Assembly: GCA_002269645.1 (NCBI GenBank)
Contig: NIVC01000578.1
Location: forward strand, 5,036 to 69,035
Length of the DNA stretch: 64,000 bases
Direction: 5' to 3'
From: Macrostomum lignano
Taxonomy: Eukaryota
The position numbers and the translations under genes are program-made. Of the stretch, positions 37,051 to 48,235 are shown in pieces. Position 1 is the stretch's first letter. Every line of letters begins with the position of its first letter. Below the pieces are notes generated by a model. That model saw only the letters and a list, made by a program, of their open reading frames with translations, was not told the origin of the DNA and did not search any database.

Positions 37051-38146
37051 ATGGAAACCTGCAGAGCAGCCCCTGTCTGCCTGCTGCTCATCGCAGTCTG
37101 TGCCGCTGCTGCCGAATCCAAGGGCCCCTCCGAGTTGGAGCTGCTGACCGGCTACTGCCCGCGCCTTCCAACTGAGCCTGCGGATGCGACCGGCGTCAGC
37201 GAGTCCGAGTGCCTACTTCGCTGCCATCTGAGTCCTGACTGCCGCCTGTCCATGTACCAGCGACTCGCCAAGGCCTGCCACAACTTGAACTCGGTGCCGC
37301 CAATGTCGGAAAGCTGCAACTCCCAGACGGCCGTGCGAGGCAAACTGCTTCCAAAGCCGGCCGCCTTGAAGTCTCTGAGCTTCTTCTCCAAGCTCGTACT
37401 ATTTTACGATTTCAAAAAAGGCTTCGGAAACTTCGTAGATCCGTACCGGAACCCAGCTGAGCCAGTGAATATCGCTGGCCAGAACTCTATCGACGGAGTC
37501 AAACTGAAGGGCTCAAGCAGCTCCTACGTGAAGGTCTCGACGCCTGGATTAAACAAATATTTCATTGACGGGCAGTTCAGCTTCTTCTTCCGCGGAAAGT
37601 TTAAGCAAAGTAGTTCCTCGTAAGTTGAAAACTAGTGTATGAAGTCTACCGTTTTTGATACCTCCACATCTTTAATAAAAAGCGTATTCGTCATTAACTT
37701 TCACGAGCAGGTGCCTCGGCTCATTCGCCGGCAGCCTGATGCATTCGTCCTTCTTCAGCAACTGGTGGGTAAAAGATGATTCAAAAATTCAGGCCAAGGT
37801 TCATATGCATTTTTTCTCGGGAGACTATTATGAGACATCATGGACCAGCCAATCTACAGCGTTGAGTTCGGACTCGGTGCAACGAGATGTCAGCATTGGA
37901 CTCAGCTACAATGGCACTAATTTTGCACACCAAGCGTTCTTCAATAGCTCTGCACTGGGAAAGAACAGCTTGAGCTCAAGTTCAGGATCTACTGGGGAAT
38001 TTCCAAGCTTCCATGACAACCTGCTTATTGGCAAGTGCATCAGTGACAGCATTGAGCCACTCGACGGCTGGGTGCAGTGCTGGGCTCTGGTGGCCGGCAC
38101 CTTAAATCTAAGCCAGTTCCACGAGCTGCACAGCCTCTGCAACTGA
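37051..38146 (+). CDS. Small secreted protein: signal peptide, PAN/apple-like Cys motif, LamG/concanavalin-like domain
   Basis: Exons 37051-37619 and 37711-38146 (phase-2 GT-AG intron). Hydrophobic N-terminus CLLLIAVCAAAA, motif ECLLRCHLSPDC...Y.....C, then a beta-rich LVLFYDF...SSSYVKV region. AATAAA at ~38198. Domain labels come from pattern recognition only. Confidence 0.6.
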
Positions 38147-38874
38147 GCCCGGAATTCTCGCATGGAAACATTTTTGTTATACTTCAAAAACATGCATTAA
38201 TAAACTTTATGTAGGCTTTCTATGAAAAGCTGTCAGAAGCTGTTTGGGCTTAGAAATCAAATAAACTGATATATTTCAGCATTGGAGGCCGTTCTCTCAG
38301 CCTATTAGTCATCTTTTGGATATGCATTAAAAATGAAGCATTTTTTCTTCCTATGGTTTGATACGCTGTGCATAAAATTTCTCTCGACGCCCATTTTTGT
38401 TGCAAAGTGCGTTGGCGAAACAGAATCTTTCCGTTTTTATGACTAAATTTTCGATATCTCACACACAAGCGGCCTACGAAGCCGCTCTATCCGTCCCTCG
38501 GGTCCTTTGAAACTTCACAATGGCAATCCGGCTCGCTCAGGGTTTTTGCGTCTTCTCAGCACTCTTCGCTCTATTCATCTCTTCTCTTTTCTCTTCCAAT
38601 TCTCTCTTCTCTCTTCGTTATCCCCTCTCCTCTATACCCTCCTCTGGCCCGCATTCATGCGCTAGATTATCTATCGTTTATTGAGAACATTGAGAATTGA
38701 GATCGGTAATTGATAATATAATATATACAGAACCAGAGCAATAGCTCTGTTGGTGCTAAGGACTTTCTCTCATTCATAAAATTAATCAACTCTACGTCTA
38801 CATCTGACTCGACAATTTGTTCCAACCAGCGCAATGCAAAAAACATTCTTTGCTAAATTCGTGTAAGAATGCAA

Positions 38875-39305
38875 CTGCATTTTGAGCGTTGCCGCTATCC
38901 GGCAGCCTCATGTTGCTTCTGTCTTGAAATAAAAACGAAATCGAGATAAAACAGATTGGAGGAGCCGGGGTTTGAACCCGGGGCCTTTCACATGCAAAGC
39001 GAACGCTCTACCTCTGAGCTACACCCCCTGCTGACTTGGTTGGCAACTGAGCAGCCTTTTCTGCGCTCTGAGAGGAAGGAAATTTTTGATCTATTAAACG
39101 ATTGATTTCACTCCCACGGAGCGGAATTTCTGAGTGCACTCTCTGCTCGCTTGAATTGTGGGAGCTTCAGGAGCACACCGAATCCCATTCAATCCTACTG
39201 GTAGTAGTACATTGAGCAAAGTCATGGGACCGAGGCGCTTGAGATGATGATCAACTTCGACAAAGGGGACAGTAGCTGGGCTATTTATTTGTTATCTTTA
39301 AAAAA
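38875..39305. repeat. ~430-bp direct repeat copy 2 containing tRNA-Ala
   Basis: Homologous to 35906-36310, with scattered substitutions and indels outside the tRNA. Confidence 0.9.
38957..39028 (-). tRNA. tRNA-Ala (anticodon TGC), second copy
   Basis: Identical 72-nt sequence to 35988-36059. Confidence 0.9.
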
Positions 39306-39500
39306 CAGTTGGATTAAGGCTTAAATTAGATATTTGGATACACTAGTTAGTTTCGTTTTCAGGCTAGTGTTGATTGCATTTAACTATCAGGACTAAACGC
39401 AGAGACTGTTCTGATTTAAAGTTGCAGAAATAGAGAGTGGCGGGAGAGAAAACTATTAGAACATAACCCGTTAATCCTTGCTGCTTCAAGTTACCGCAGC

Positions 39501-42500
39501 TCACTCGGCGTATTGGTTGTCGGCCAGACCTCGAAGCTTGTTAAGCCGAAGCCCCTTGACGGCGTAGGTCATCTGGATGCCCAGCCCTTTAATGGACTTG
39601 TAGCCAACCGGCTCGAACTCGAAGTACTCTTTCAGGTATTCAACTGTGTCCACTAAGCACTGGATCATGTCGGGTGCGCCGTTCGAGTACATTCTAGACG
39701 AGGTGTTGACGGTGTTGCCCCAGCAGTCGAAGGCGGGCTTATCGCGACCGATGGTTCCTATGGTTTTTCCGATGTGACAGGTATGTGCAAAGTGTAAGTG
39801 AAAATGATTGACATCTTGAGTTTTCGACGATGTGAAATTAGAAATCACACTCAGAGGCCGCACTCAGTCAGGAATTTGTCCTTTTTGGGTTAAACCATAA
39901 GACGATAATGTAAAACCTCAAGCTGTAGTCAATCTGCATGTTTCTTACCTGCGATGAGGTCGCCCACACAGAAGCCGATCTTGAAGCGGATACGAAACGG
40001 GTCGGACGGATCATAGGCCTCCTTGTCGGTGAGGCGAGCCCTCGTGTTGATCTGGTCTTCGATTTGCCTGAACGCTGGCACCTTTGAGTGGACCAGGTTA
40101 AGACAGTACAGCATTAGAGCGATGTGCGGAGCTTTCGGAGACTTCTGCTTGGTCACCGGGTTCATGGATAGGCCTGAAACAGCGAGGTACGTGTCCCGGT
40201 AAGATTTAATCTTGTCGATGAACTGCATCCGGCCCAGCTCCTCGTCCATGGCGCACAGAATGCTGTTGAGAGCCACAATCTCCATGGCGGTCTGCCGGCC
40301 CACCTGTCGGCTGTCTGTGTTAGAGGCGGACTGGCTGGGATAATACTTGCGGAACCATTTAGCCAGCGTATCGTCGCCTGCCCAGAGGCAGATGAAGGCC
40401 ACCGAAGCCGGCGAGATGTTCTCGTGGTGCAGCGCAAAGTCACCCTTGAGCGCTTTCTCCATGATTAGCATGGATTTTTCGTCGGTGTTCGAAATGGCTA
40501 TGAGCTTCGGCACAATGTTCAGCGGGTACAGGTCGAATATGACGCGGTTGATCTTCTGCTTGTCCTCGCTGGCCTTCACCATCTCCTTGTTGGACTGGTA
40601 CGTGGCAAAAAACTCCGTGCGGATGGCTTTTTGGCTAAACAAAGGTTTCATTTTATTAGACACAAGGGGCTGTTTGCACACTGGAGCATTTAAAGCGACA
40701 TTGTCCCGCAACCGGCGAGTGGATCGAAATACTGCCCATTCCGCCGACTTCTACAGAGCAGGCACACAAGCTCGCGGATACGGACGCATTCATACGCACA
40801 GGTACACACTCACACAGGGCTGTACAGCTGCGGCCCTAACTTCATTTATTGTTAGGCATGTACACTTCACTGTGCCTTGGGGGTTGGCCCTCAAAGGGCG
40901 TTAATGGCAGACCCAAGCCAAGATTCCAATTTTCCCCAAATTAATGTGACTGCACTTGAAATCGAGCCTGGGTCGCTGGCACATCAGAGCGCTGAGCTGC
41001 ACCACTAGGCTACGACACACCCAAATTAAGGTTTCAGTTTAGGTCATAAAAGGAGTTTAACTACGGTTGCCTACACCACAAGCATGGATGCGCTGTCTTA
41101 AAGAAGCTCATTTAAGTTTACCACAGTTCCCAGTTCCCAGTTTAAGCAACTTCTTAACCCCAAGTCATCAATGACAAACCGCAATTTCTGAATGGTAGGT
41201 AGATGGACGTCACTGAGCCCAATAGAAAGAAGGAACAAAAGTGATGTGGAGATTTTAGCAGAACATCTCACCGGAATATTGTCAGCGGGATGCAGAACAG
41301 TAGAAAGGCCAGCGCAAACATCGAGTAGGTCAGATACTGCTCCGGCAGCATGTAGGCGTATTCCTTTCCGGTCCTCTTACGAAAGTTAAGCGAAATCGTG
41401 ACGATAAAGTGCACGCTAAGCTTGAAAAACAGGTTAAGAATATTGGTAGTGAAGCTGGTGGTGTGCATGAGCACATTGCTGAGCATGGCCGTGTCCATCA
41501 GGCGAACAAAAACGTACACAAGAGTGTTGATCTCAGTTGCGTTGTAGAGCTGACTCTCGTAGTCAAAGTTATCTTTATTGACTGCCTCACTGTTGTCCAC
41601 TGAGAAGAGAAAATATTAAGGAATATTAAAAAATACAAGGACAAAAAGTGCGAAAACACTACTGAGCCACCCGCGATTGTCACTCACCAATGGTGCCGAG
41701 CATTTTGAGATGACGGAGAGCGCACCGTCTGCCAATCAGCGAGAGTAGAAGAATCGGGTAGCTGAGCATGAGGAACTGGAAGCCCTGAAAGAACTTCTCA
41801 TCGTAGAGCAGGTAGTACAGGCGCAGCAGGACGGACTCTCGAGTGTCCACCCGATTCAGACGGCAGTAGCGATGCGTGGCCCGCTGCTTGCGCTCGTTGT
41901 GCACGTTAAACTTGGCATCTATCAGCAGCAGCGCCACCACAAAGGCGTCCACGATGAAGGTACTGCCGATAAGCATCAGGATGTCGGAGTCAAAGTAGTC
42001 TAGGAAAGTGTAGAAGCAGGTGATGGTGAAGATGGCGTTGAAGACCAGGAGAACAGCGTGATCGTAAACTGGCGAGAAGATATAACTGAGCCGGGCCACT
42101 TCGAAACCCAGGTGGTTTGCAGGCAGAAAGTAGCGGATCCGGTACAAATACTCGAATGTTATCTCCCGGAAGTAGCCAAGATATCTGAGCAGTGTGTGGC
42201 ATTGTTTTTACGTCTGCAATACATACGAGCTGATAGCAAGCACAGAAAATATAGAAGTTGAAGAATTCATTTAAAGCTTACGTGAAATTTGGCTTCAGTA
42301 AATGTTTAAGCTCGTGCTTGTTGCTTTTAAGGCTCTCAATGAGGCCGGTCTCTTCCATGGCGTTCTTGCGGACCCGGCGTTCCGACTGGGCCTATAGGAA
42401 ATTTTATTGGTTTACAGACTGCCTTTGCCTTGTTCAAAACAATTGTGTTGTTGACTACAAGTCACTCCTACGGCAATTGAGTTTACCTTCCTAGCTCGAT

Positions 42501-45500
42501 CTTCCTCGCTGTAGCCCTTGCGGCTGGCCACGCCTTCAACTCCGGTCAGCTCGAACGGCACTTTCTCTCTGTTAAACGCCTTCTTTGTCATCGGGCTGAT
42601 GCTGCCGTCGCGGCGCTTCCACACAACGATGCAGCGCTGCATGCGGGAGCTGATCTGCGCCTGAAAAAAAGTTTTTTCACCCGTTTCGCTTTTTAAGGTT
42701 CTGGGTTGTCTAGGAAAGGCTTTAACAACGAGCTGACCTGTTTCAGCGCCTCTGGCGAGTAGGTTTCGATAAACTTCTCCTTCTCGCGGAGCGCGATGTC
42801 TCCAGCCGGATCGTCATCACCGGCGCCGGGTTCGGAGCCGCGCCGCGGAATGCGACGGGCACCAGATCCGCCGCCCTTGGTGCCGCGCGACTCCGGGATC
42901 AGCTTCCTGCGGCGCCGCATCATGGTCATGCTCTTGGCCAGATCCTCTGGCGAGTAGTACTCGGGGTCCGAGCTGTCTTTGAAATCGTACGAACTCAACC
43001 TAGGCAATAGTAGGGTGGTTTTGTTACACATCTGTTCAAAACCAGCACAGTAATATAAGTATTGCACTGTTAGTAGCGCAACTCAATTTCGCAGTTGTTG
43101 TTGGCGAGCAGGTGATGGCACTTGAACGAGATTCGCACGTGACCCTTCTCGCCGCCGCTCTCCATCTCGTTTGCCATGAGCGAGTCGTCCGAGTAGATGT
43201 CGAATTTGTAGCGAGACGCTCCAAGGATGACGGCGTTGAGGCTGCCCCAGTGCACTCCGATCCGCATATCCACGCGCTGCTCATCCGGCAGGCCCATGCT
43301 GTCATTGAAGGCCTTCAAAATATTGAAAGATTGCCAACTCGTTTTGGGCTGCTTAAAATAATCTGTGCTGTTGCAAAAACCGTTTTGGTTGTGTCGCACC
43401 TTACCTGAATTTTTTCGCACATCTCCAGACCCATGGCCACTGAGCAGAGCACGTAGTACACCTGACAGCAGAGATGTTTTGTCAATGTTTTGTCAATTTG
43501 TCGATGAGTCGTGTTTATTCCAAGTGAAATTTTATCGCTGACGATTTACAAATTTACGATCATTAATTCCGAATATACTTCGTTTACTTTGTCCTAAATT
43601 CTTGGCTCTAGCATTGGCGGGAGCGAGAACTCAACGCTAATGCACTAATGACCCACACCCAGAACGTTCTGTTACAGCCAAAGTTTTGTGACACGGACAA
43701 AACCAGCTGAGAAAAATTGCTTCGAAGATATCGAAAAACTTTTCGAGGATGCAAAATTGGATGACGAGACTTCAGCATCATAATTTAAGCTTCTGATCAC
43801 GGTAGAGGCCCAGCTAGTCGTCTGTGACATTGACGAGAAACGCAGAAGAGCTTCACGAGCATAAAAAGGATTTCAGAGCAACTGAGGTTCAGTTCCAGAT
43901 CACCAACCTGCCTGAGGTGCCTGTCTAGTCGTTCTAGCCAACTAGTCCAGAAACTTTGTTCTTGTCGACATTTTCATCCACTGTTTTACTTTGGGCTCCA
44001 TTCCGGTGGTGATTCAGTTGGCATCCCTTTATCGTTTTTTGATGCTAAACAAGTTGGCATAGAACGCTTTACACAGTATGACGAAACAAATACGCGGAAA
44101 GCTCACCTGGTTCCGCTGCGACTCTTTGCTCGCAAACGCCTGGACGGTGCTCAGCCGTTTCTTCTCCGTCATGGGCACGCCGGACACGCAATAGTAGCAA
44201 TCGCCCAGGGTACCGATTTTCTCAATCTGCAACCGACTGGCCGAGATGTCAAAGGCGCCATAGATTCGATTGAGAATGTGCACCACCTCGGAGGCGCTGC
44301 GGCCCGCTGACATCATGGTGAAGTTGACGATATCGGCGAAGAGCATCGAGGCAAAGATGTACTCCTCGTGGTACGGCACGATTAAACCTGTGTTGTTTTT
44401 GCGCAACAGGCTCTGGTTGAACTTGAACTTCTCGTATGGCTCCACAACGATCTTTGGCATCACTTTGCGGACCCATTCTTTGCTGAAATAAGAACACCAA
44501 TGTGGAGATATGTTAAGCCTGTAAATATAAGTGACAAAGGCTTCTAATAATTACCGAATAGAGCCTTCCTCTTCGTTCTTCTTGATGAGTGCAAAGTTCT
44601 CCACAAGGGTTCCAAAAGTGTTGTTGGTTCTGACGATGCTCACAATGCAGGCGTATAGTCCCACCATGTTGCACAGCAGCAGCTCTACCAGGTCCACGAT
44701 CAGGCTGCTACTGTAGTGGAAAGCCTTCTGCGCATCCAGCGCACGGTGGAATGCGGTGGAGTAGTACAGGAACAAGATGCTCGCTACTATTGAGAAGAGC
44801 AGCGCCATGCGGAATCGCAGGATTCGTGACAGGTAGATGGTTAGGATCAGCGACGACTTCATGATGCCCAAGTTCAGAAAGTTTAGCGACAAAACTGTGC
44901 AAGAAAAGCGTGTGTTGCGAAAGCTTACAATATTGGTCACTCTCGTGTCAAAGCACGATGCATTACCGCGCGCTTATTCGGTAACAAAAAGTCAACCAGT
45001 CTACTCAATTACTCTGAGGAGGGGGATTTTTCATTAGCATTAGTATCGTGTTCCCTCATTGGAAACTATGACTAGAATCAAACCTATTAACATTATCAAG
45101 CCTATCAAGCCTAGAATCAACATTATTATATTGCTCAATTTTTCCATTGCAATACATTCAGGCGTTGCTTCATGAGGTAAATTAAAAATCAGATGGGACC
45201 TAATTCGGCACTCACGGATGACAATGAGCGCGTACAGGCTGATAAGCACGAACGCCATGCTTCCATGCACGGCGGCCTTTGGCAAGCAGTCCGGTAGCGA
45301 CATGACATTCATGATTGACGCGGACGCAATGAACATCATGATGAAAGGCGCCGTGTTCATAGTCTGGCCGGAGGCCTCATCAAACGTGGAAATGGAGACC
45401 AGCTGGAAGATTCCGAATGCAATGATGTAGTAATAGGCCAGGTCAATGTACGCGGTGGTCAGGACCTTGTCAAACTTGGTCAACTCCTGGCCAAGCGATT

Positions 45501-45760
45501 GGTAGACGAACTTGAACTCAAACAGGGAGTTGCTATCCTGCAGCTTGAACATGCGCCGCCAGGGCATGCACACCCGCTGCACAACCTCCACGCAGTCGGC
45601 TTCATCGCCATCTTCTTTCTGCTTTGAGAAGCGCCGAGTGATCTGCTCGAGCAGGCGTTGCTCCTCAGGCGACGCCGACGGCGCGAAACTTTTTTGCGAT
45701 TGACCGCCAACCATCGGCAACGTTTGGTACTCGGTTTGGTCTCGCCTGGCTTTTGAGTCT
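39501..45760 (-). CDS. Membrane-bound (class III) adenylate cyclase, TM-C1-TM-C2 architecture
   Basis: Exons (-): 45760-45216, 44894-44555, 44482-44107 (C1: MLFADIVNFT...EKIGTLGDCYYCVSG), 43461-43405, 43312-43083 (MRIGVHWG...FDIYSDDSLMANEMESGG; weak donor), 42999-42738, 42660-42487, 42391-42282, 42184-41688, 41599-41272, 40634-39949 (C2: KIKSYRDTYLAVSGL, FKIGFCVGDLIAG), 39757-39501 (FDCWGNTVNTSSRM). A start micro-exon at 46252-46239 is possible. Confidence 0.85.
40651..41027 (-). mobile_element. tRNA-derived SINE in adenylate cyclase intron
   Basis: The reverse complement begins ...GTCGTAGCCTAGTGG (A box)...GGCTCGATTTC (B box), is colinear with 48901-49264 and ends in an A-rich tail. Possible 9-bp TSD AAGGTTTCA (40642-40650, 41028-41036). 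Confidence 0.8.
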
Positions 45761-46336
45761 CTAGAAATGTATTACTATGTAGATTATCAAAAAGCTACTC
45801 AAACTCTCGTCTCTGTAAATACAAAGCTAAAGCTGCCATTTTTTTCATTGTCAAACCAATCATCAACTGTCTATGGTGAGTTCAGCTCAACTGACGCTTG
45901 AAAGGAGTGCGTGGCGAACTTTATCGAACTTTATCGAATAAATTAAATGCGTGCATCTCGCCGAGAGCAGTGAATTAAGGTTAAATCTGAAACCCTTAAA
46001 AACATTCAGAAACAGGCACGGCATGCGTTAAATTGAAAGTGGCACATAGAGAGTAACAGTGATACAAAAGATAAAGAGAATCTTGAAGGGGCTACTTGTC
46101 GAATGTCAAATGACATTTATAGAAAATGGTTTTCAATTTCATTTCAGAGCAGCATCTTCGCTCCCACCACAGCCTCGCTGCAGTCGCATGCAGGTTGCCA
46201 AACGACGCAGAAAAGTTGAAGGTCTTGAGACCAAATACCTGATACACTTCATGGTCAAGCTGAGCTATTGTTACAATCTCAAATTTGCAACTCTCCATTA
46301 AGCAAATTTTGAACCGCTTATAAATGACAGATAGCC

Positions 46337-46757
46337 AGTAGTATTATACCATACAAAATTGCCAGCAAAACATTTGTCAGAAACAACTAATATTAACTCT
46401 TATTAAGGATAAATTTAACATTTTTCACTCCATTTTCGCTCGTCTTCACTACGCTCAACTCGCTCCGTTCATCCTCGCTTCATTTCGGTCAAAATGTGAA
46501 ATTTATCCTTAATAAGAGTTAATATTATTTTTTTCCGACAAATGGTTTGATGGCAATTTTGTATGGTACCTAACACTTCCAACACTTCCAAACACTTCCA
46601 AAACTTCCAACTCTTCCAACTCTTCCATCTCTTACAACACTTCCAACACTTCCAAACACTTCTATCTCTTCCAACACTTCCAACTCATCTAACACTTCTA
46701 TTACACACTAACCCGACCGCGCCCCGCAGGGGCTTGGGGCACAAAAGATTTTTTCTG
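46337..46757 (+). repeat. Left terminal inverted repeat of the Polinton (internal hairpin plus AACACTTCC ladder)
   Basis: Reverse complement of 53786-54151; carries more AACACTTCC-type units than the right copy. Confidence 0.92.
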
Positions 46758-46766
46758 TTACTAAAA

Positions 46767-46937
46767 ATGAACCGAGTTTACAACTTTTCAGTAAGTGATA
46801 CTTTTGAAACTGTTGCTAAAAATGCAGAGATAATAAAACAGCATATATTAAATGGAGTAATCGATGAAGTTTATTTAAAATGCGACAACGGGCACGAACA
46901 AAAACTTTATCCTCTAGAGTTAGATGGAGTTATATGA
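46767..46937 (+). pseudogene. Truncated Polinton ORF with a C..GH putative Zn-ribbon start
   Basis: MNRVYNFSVSDTFETVAKNAEIIKQHILNGVIDEVYLKCDNGHEQKLYPLELDGVI* ends at the switch to GC-richer DNA. A resemblance to ISXO2-like transposase N-termini is a guess. Confidence 0.35.
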
Positions 46938-47801
46938 TTTAGAACAAGAGCCACCTCGATCCCTGCATCCGGCTCAGCGCTTCTGACTGGAGCCGCATCA
47001 AAGTGACCATGACTGATTCCTGGTCACTGCGGTTATGCAATAGGTGAGCAGTATACTCCGGGTAAGGGGCTCTCGCCTGCCAGAGTTTTCTTGCAACGCC
47101 CCACCCGACGCTGCGACGTCGATGAGGCTCACCTCGGCAACGCCTTGTCCCAGCAGCACAGGCGGACACGTCGGACGAACCATTGGTCCACTTTTCTGCG
47201 CTGCAGGCCCCACCACGCTAACGACGGATCACCACAATGGCATACGTACCAGCAGCATCATCATCAGCACAACCATCCACTGCTGCCGCTGCCCTCGGCC
47301 TCAAGGATGCTGGTGCCTATGACCTCAACTGGCCCACAACGCCACCGGCCCGCAGCTCGATCTATCAGCAGCATAGTGCTCACACTTTTGGACAGTCCTT
47401 GAACACCCGCCATCGAGCCAGCCAAATACTCTACATGCTTTCGATTTCTGTGCTACTAACACTTTCACATTACCAATTTAGACGCCCCAACCTGGACTTC
47501 AACTGCCGGTGACCCCAGTCGTTTTCATTGCGTTAGTGGCAAAGTAATCGCAGCCGACCCAGCCGTTTGCCACAGCAGCTGAGCTCCGACGAGCATAATA
47601 CAAGAGCAACATTGTCTGGCTCTGGGGGGAGTTGTGTAGCGGACACATGTACTTTTGACAGAGTCAGCCACTGCTGCTCAAACTGTTTATGGCCCAAATA
47701 AACTCGAGCCGTAAAAGGCCCAGCCGCAGAACTTTATTAAAAGACAAGCGGTCTTCATCTCGCCGCACGCGAGCCGCTTCAATATCCATGAAACCACCAT
47801 C

Positions 47802-48170
47802 AATTCAACTAACAAAAAATTAATTTATGATCAAATTCCAAAACATGACAAATCCCCTATATTATTTGATGATTGCATTAACGATGGCGATCAAGAATTG
47901 CAAAAAGAAATTTTTATTAGCGGTAGAGGAGATGGAATTGGAGCACTTTATCATACTCAATCATTTAGGGAATTACGAGCGTAGATTCAATTATAAAAAA
48001 GAATGCAAGTTGTTGTGTAATGTTTGATTTAGTTGGTTATGATTTACAAAATATACATAGAAGATTTAATCCTGGAAGGGAATCAAAACTATTTAAAAGT
48101 ATGTGTAAAAAATTGGGATGATAGTCAATGCAAACATATATATCAGTCCAAGATTGTAACGGAACAATAG
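47802..48170 (+). pseudogene. A32/FtsK-like packaging ATPase remnant (Walker B onward), frameshifted
   Basis: Reads PILFDDCINDGDQELQKEIFISGRGDGIGALYHTQSF*, matching hhhhDD...F..GR....h...TQS, then VMFDLVGYDLQNIHRRF in another frame. Walker A is missing. Confidence 0.7.
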
Positions 48171-48235
48171 AATTTTAACAGATATATTACATGAGAATGA
48201 GGAAGAGGAAACGGAATAAAATTCACTCTATAAAA

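Noticed and set aside
35988-39028. tRNA-Ala copies as SINE heads
   Set aside because: Each is a complete 72-nt cloverleaf with a T-run terminator, the two are identical despite diverged flanks, and neither has a SINE body or tail.
46563-46766. N-terminal half of ORF 46563-46937
   Set aside because: It lies in the TIR tandem ladder; the plausible start is the ATG at 46767.
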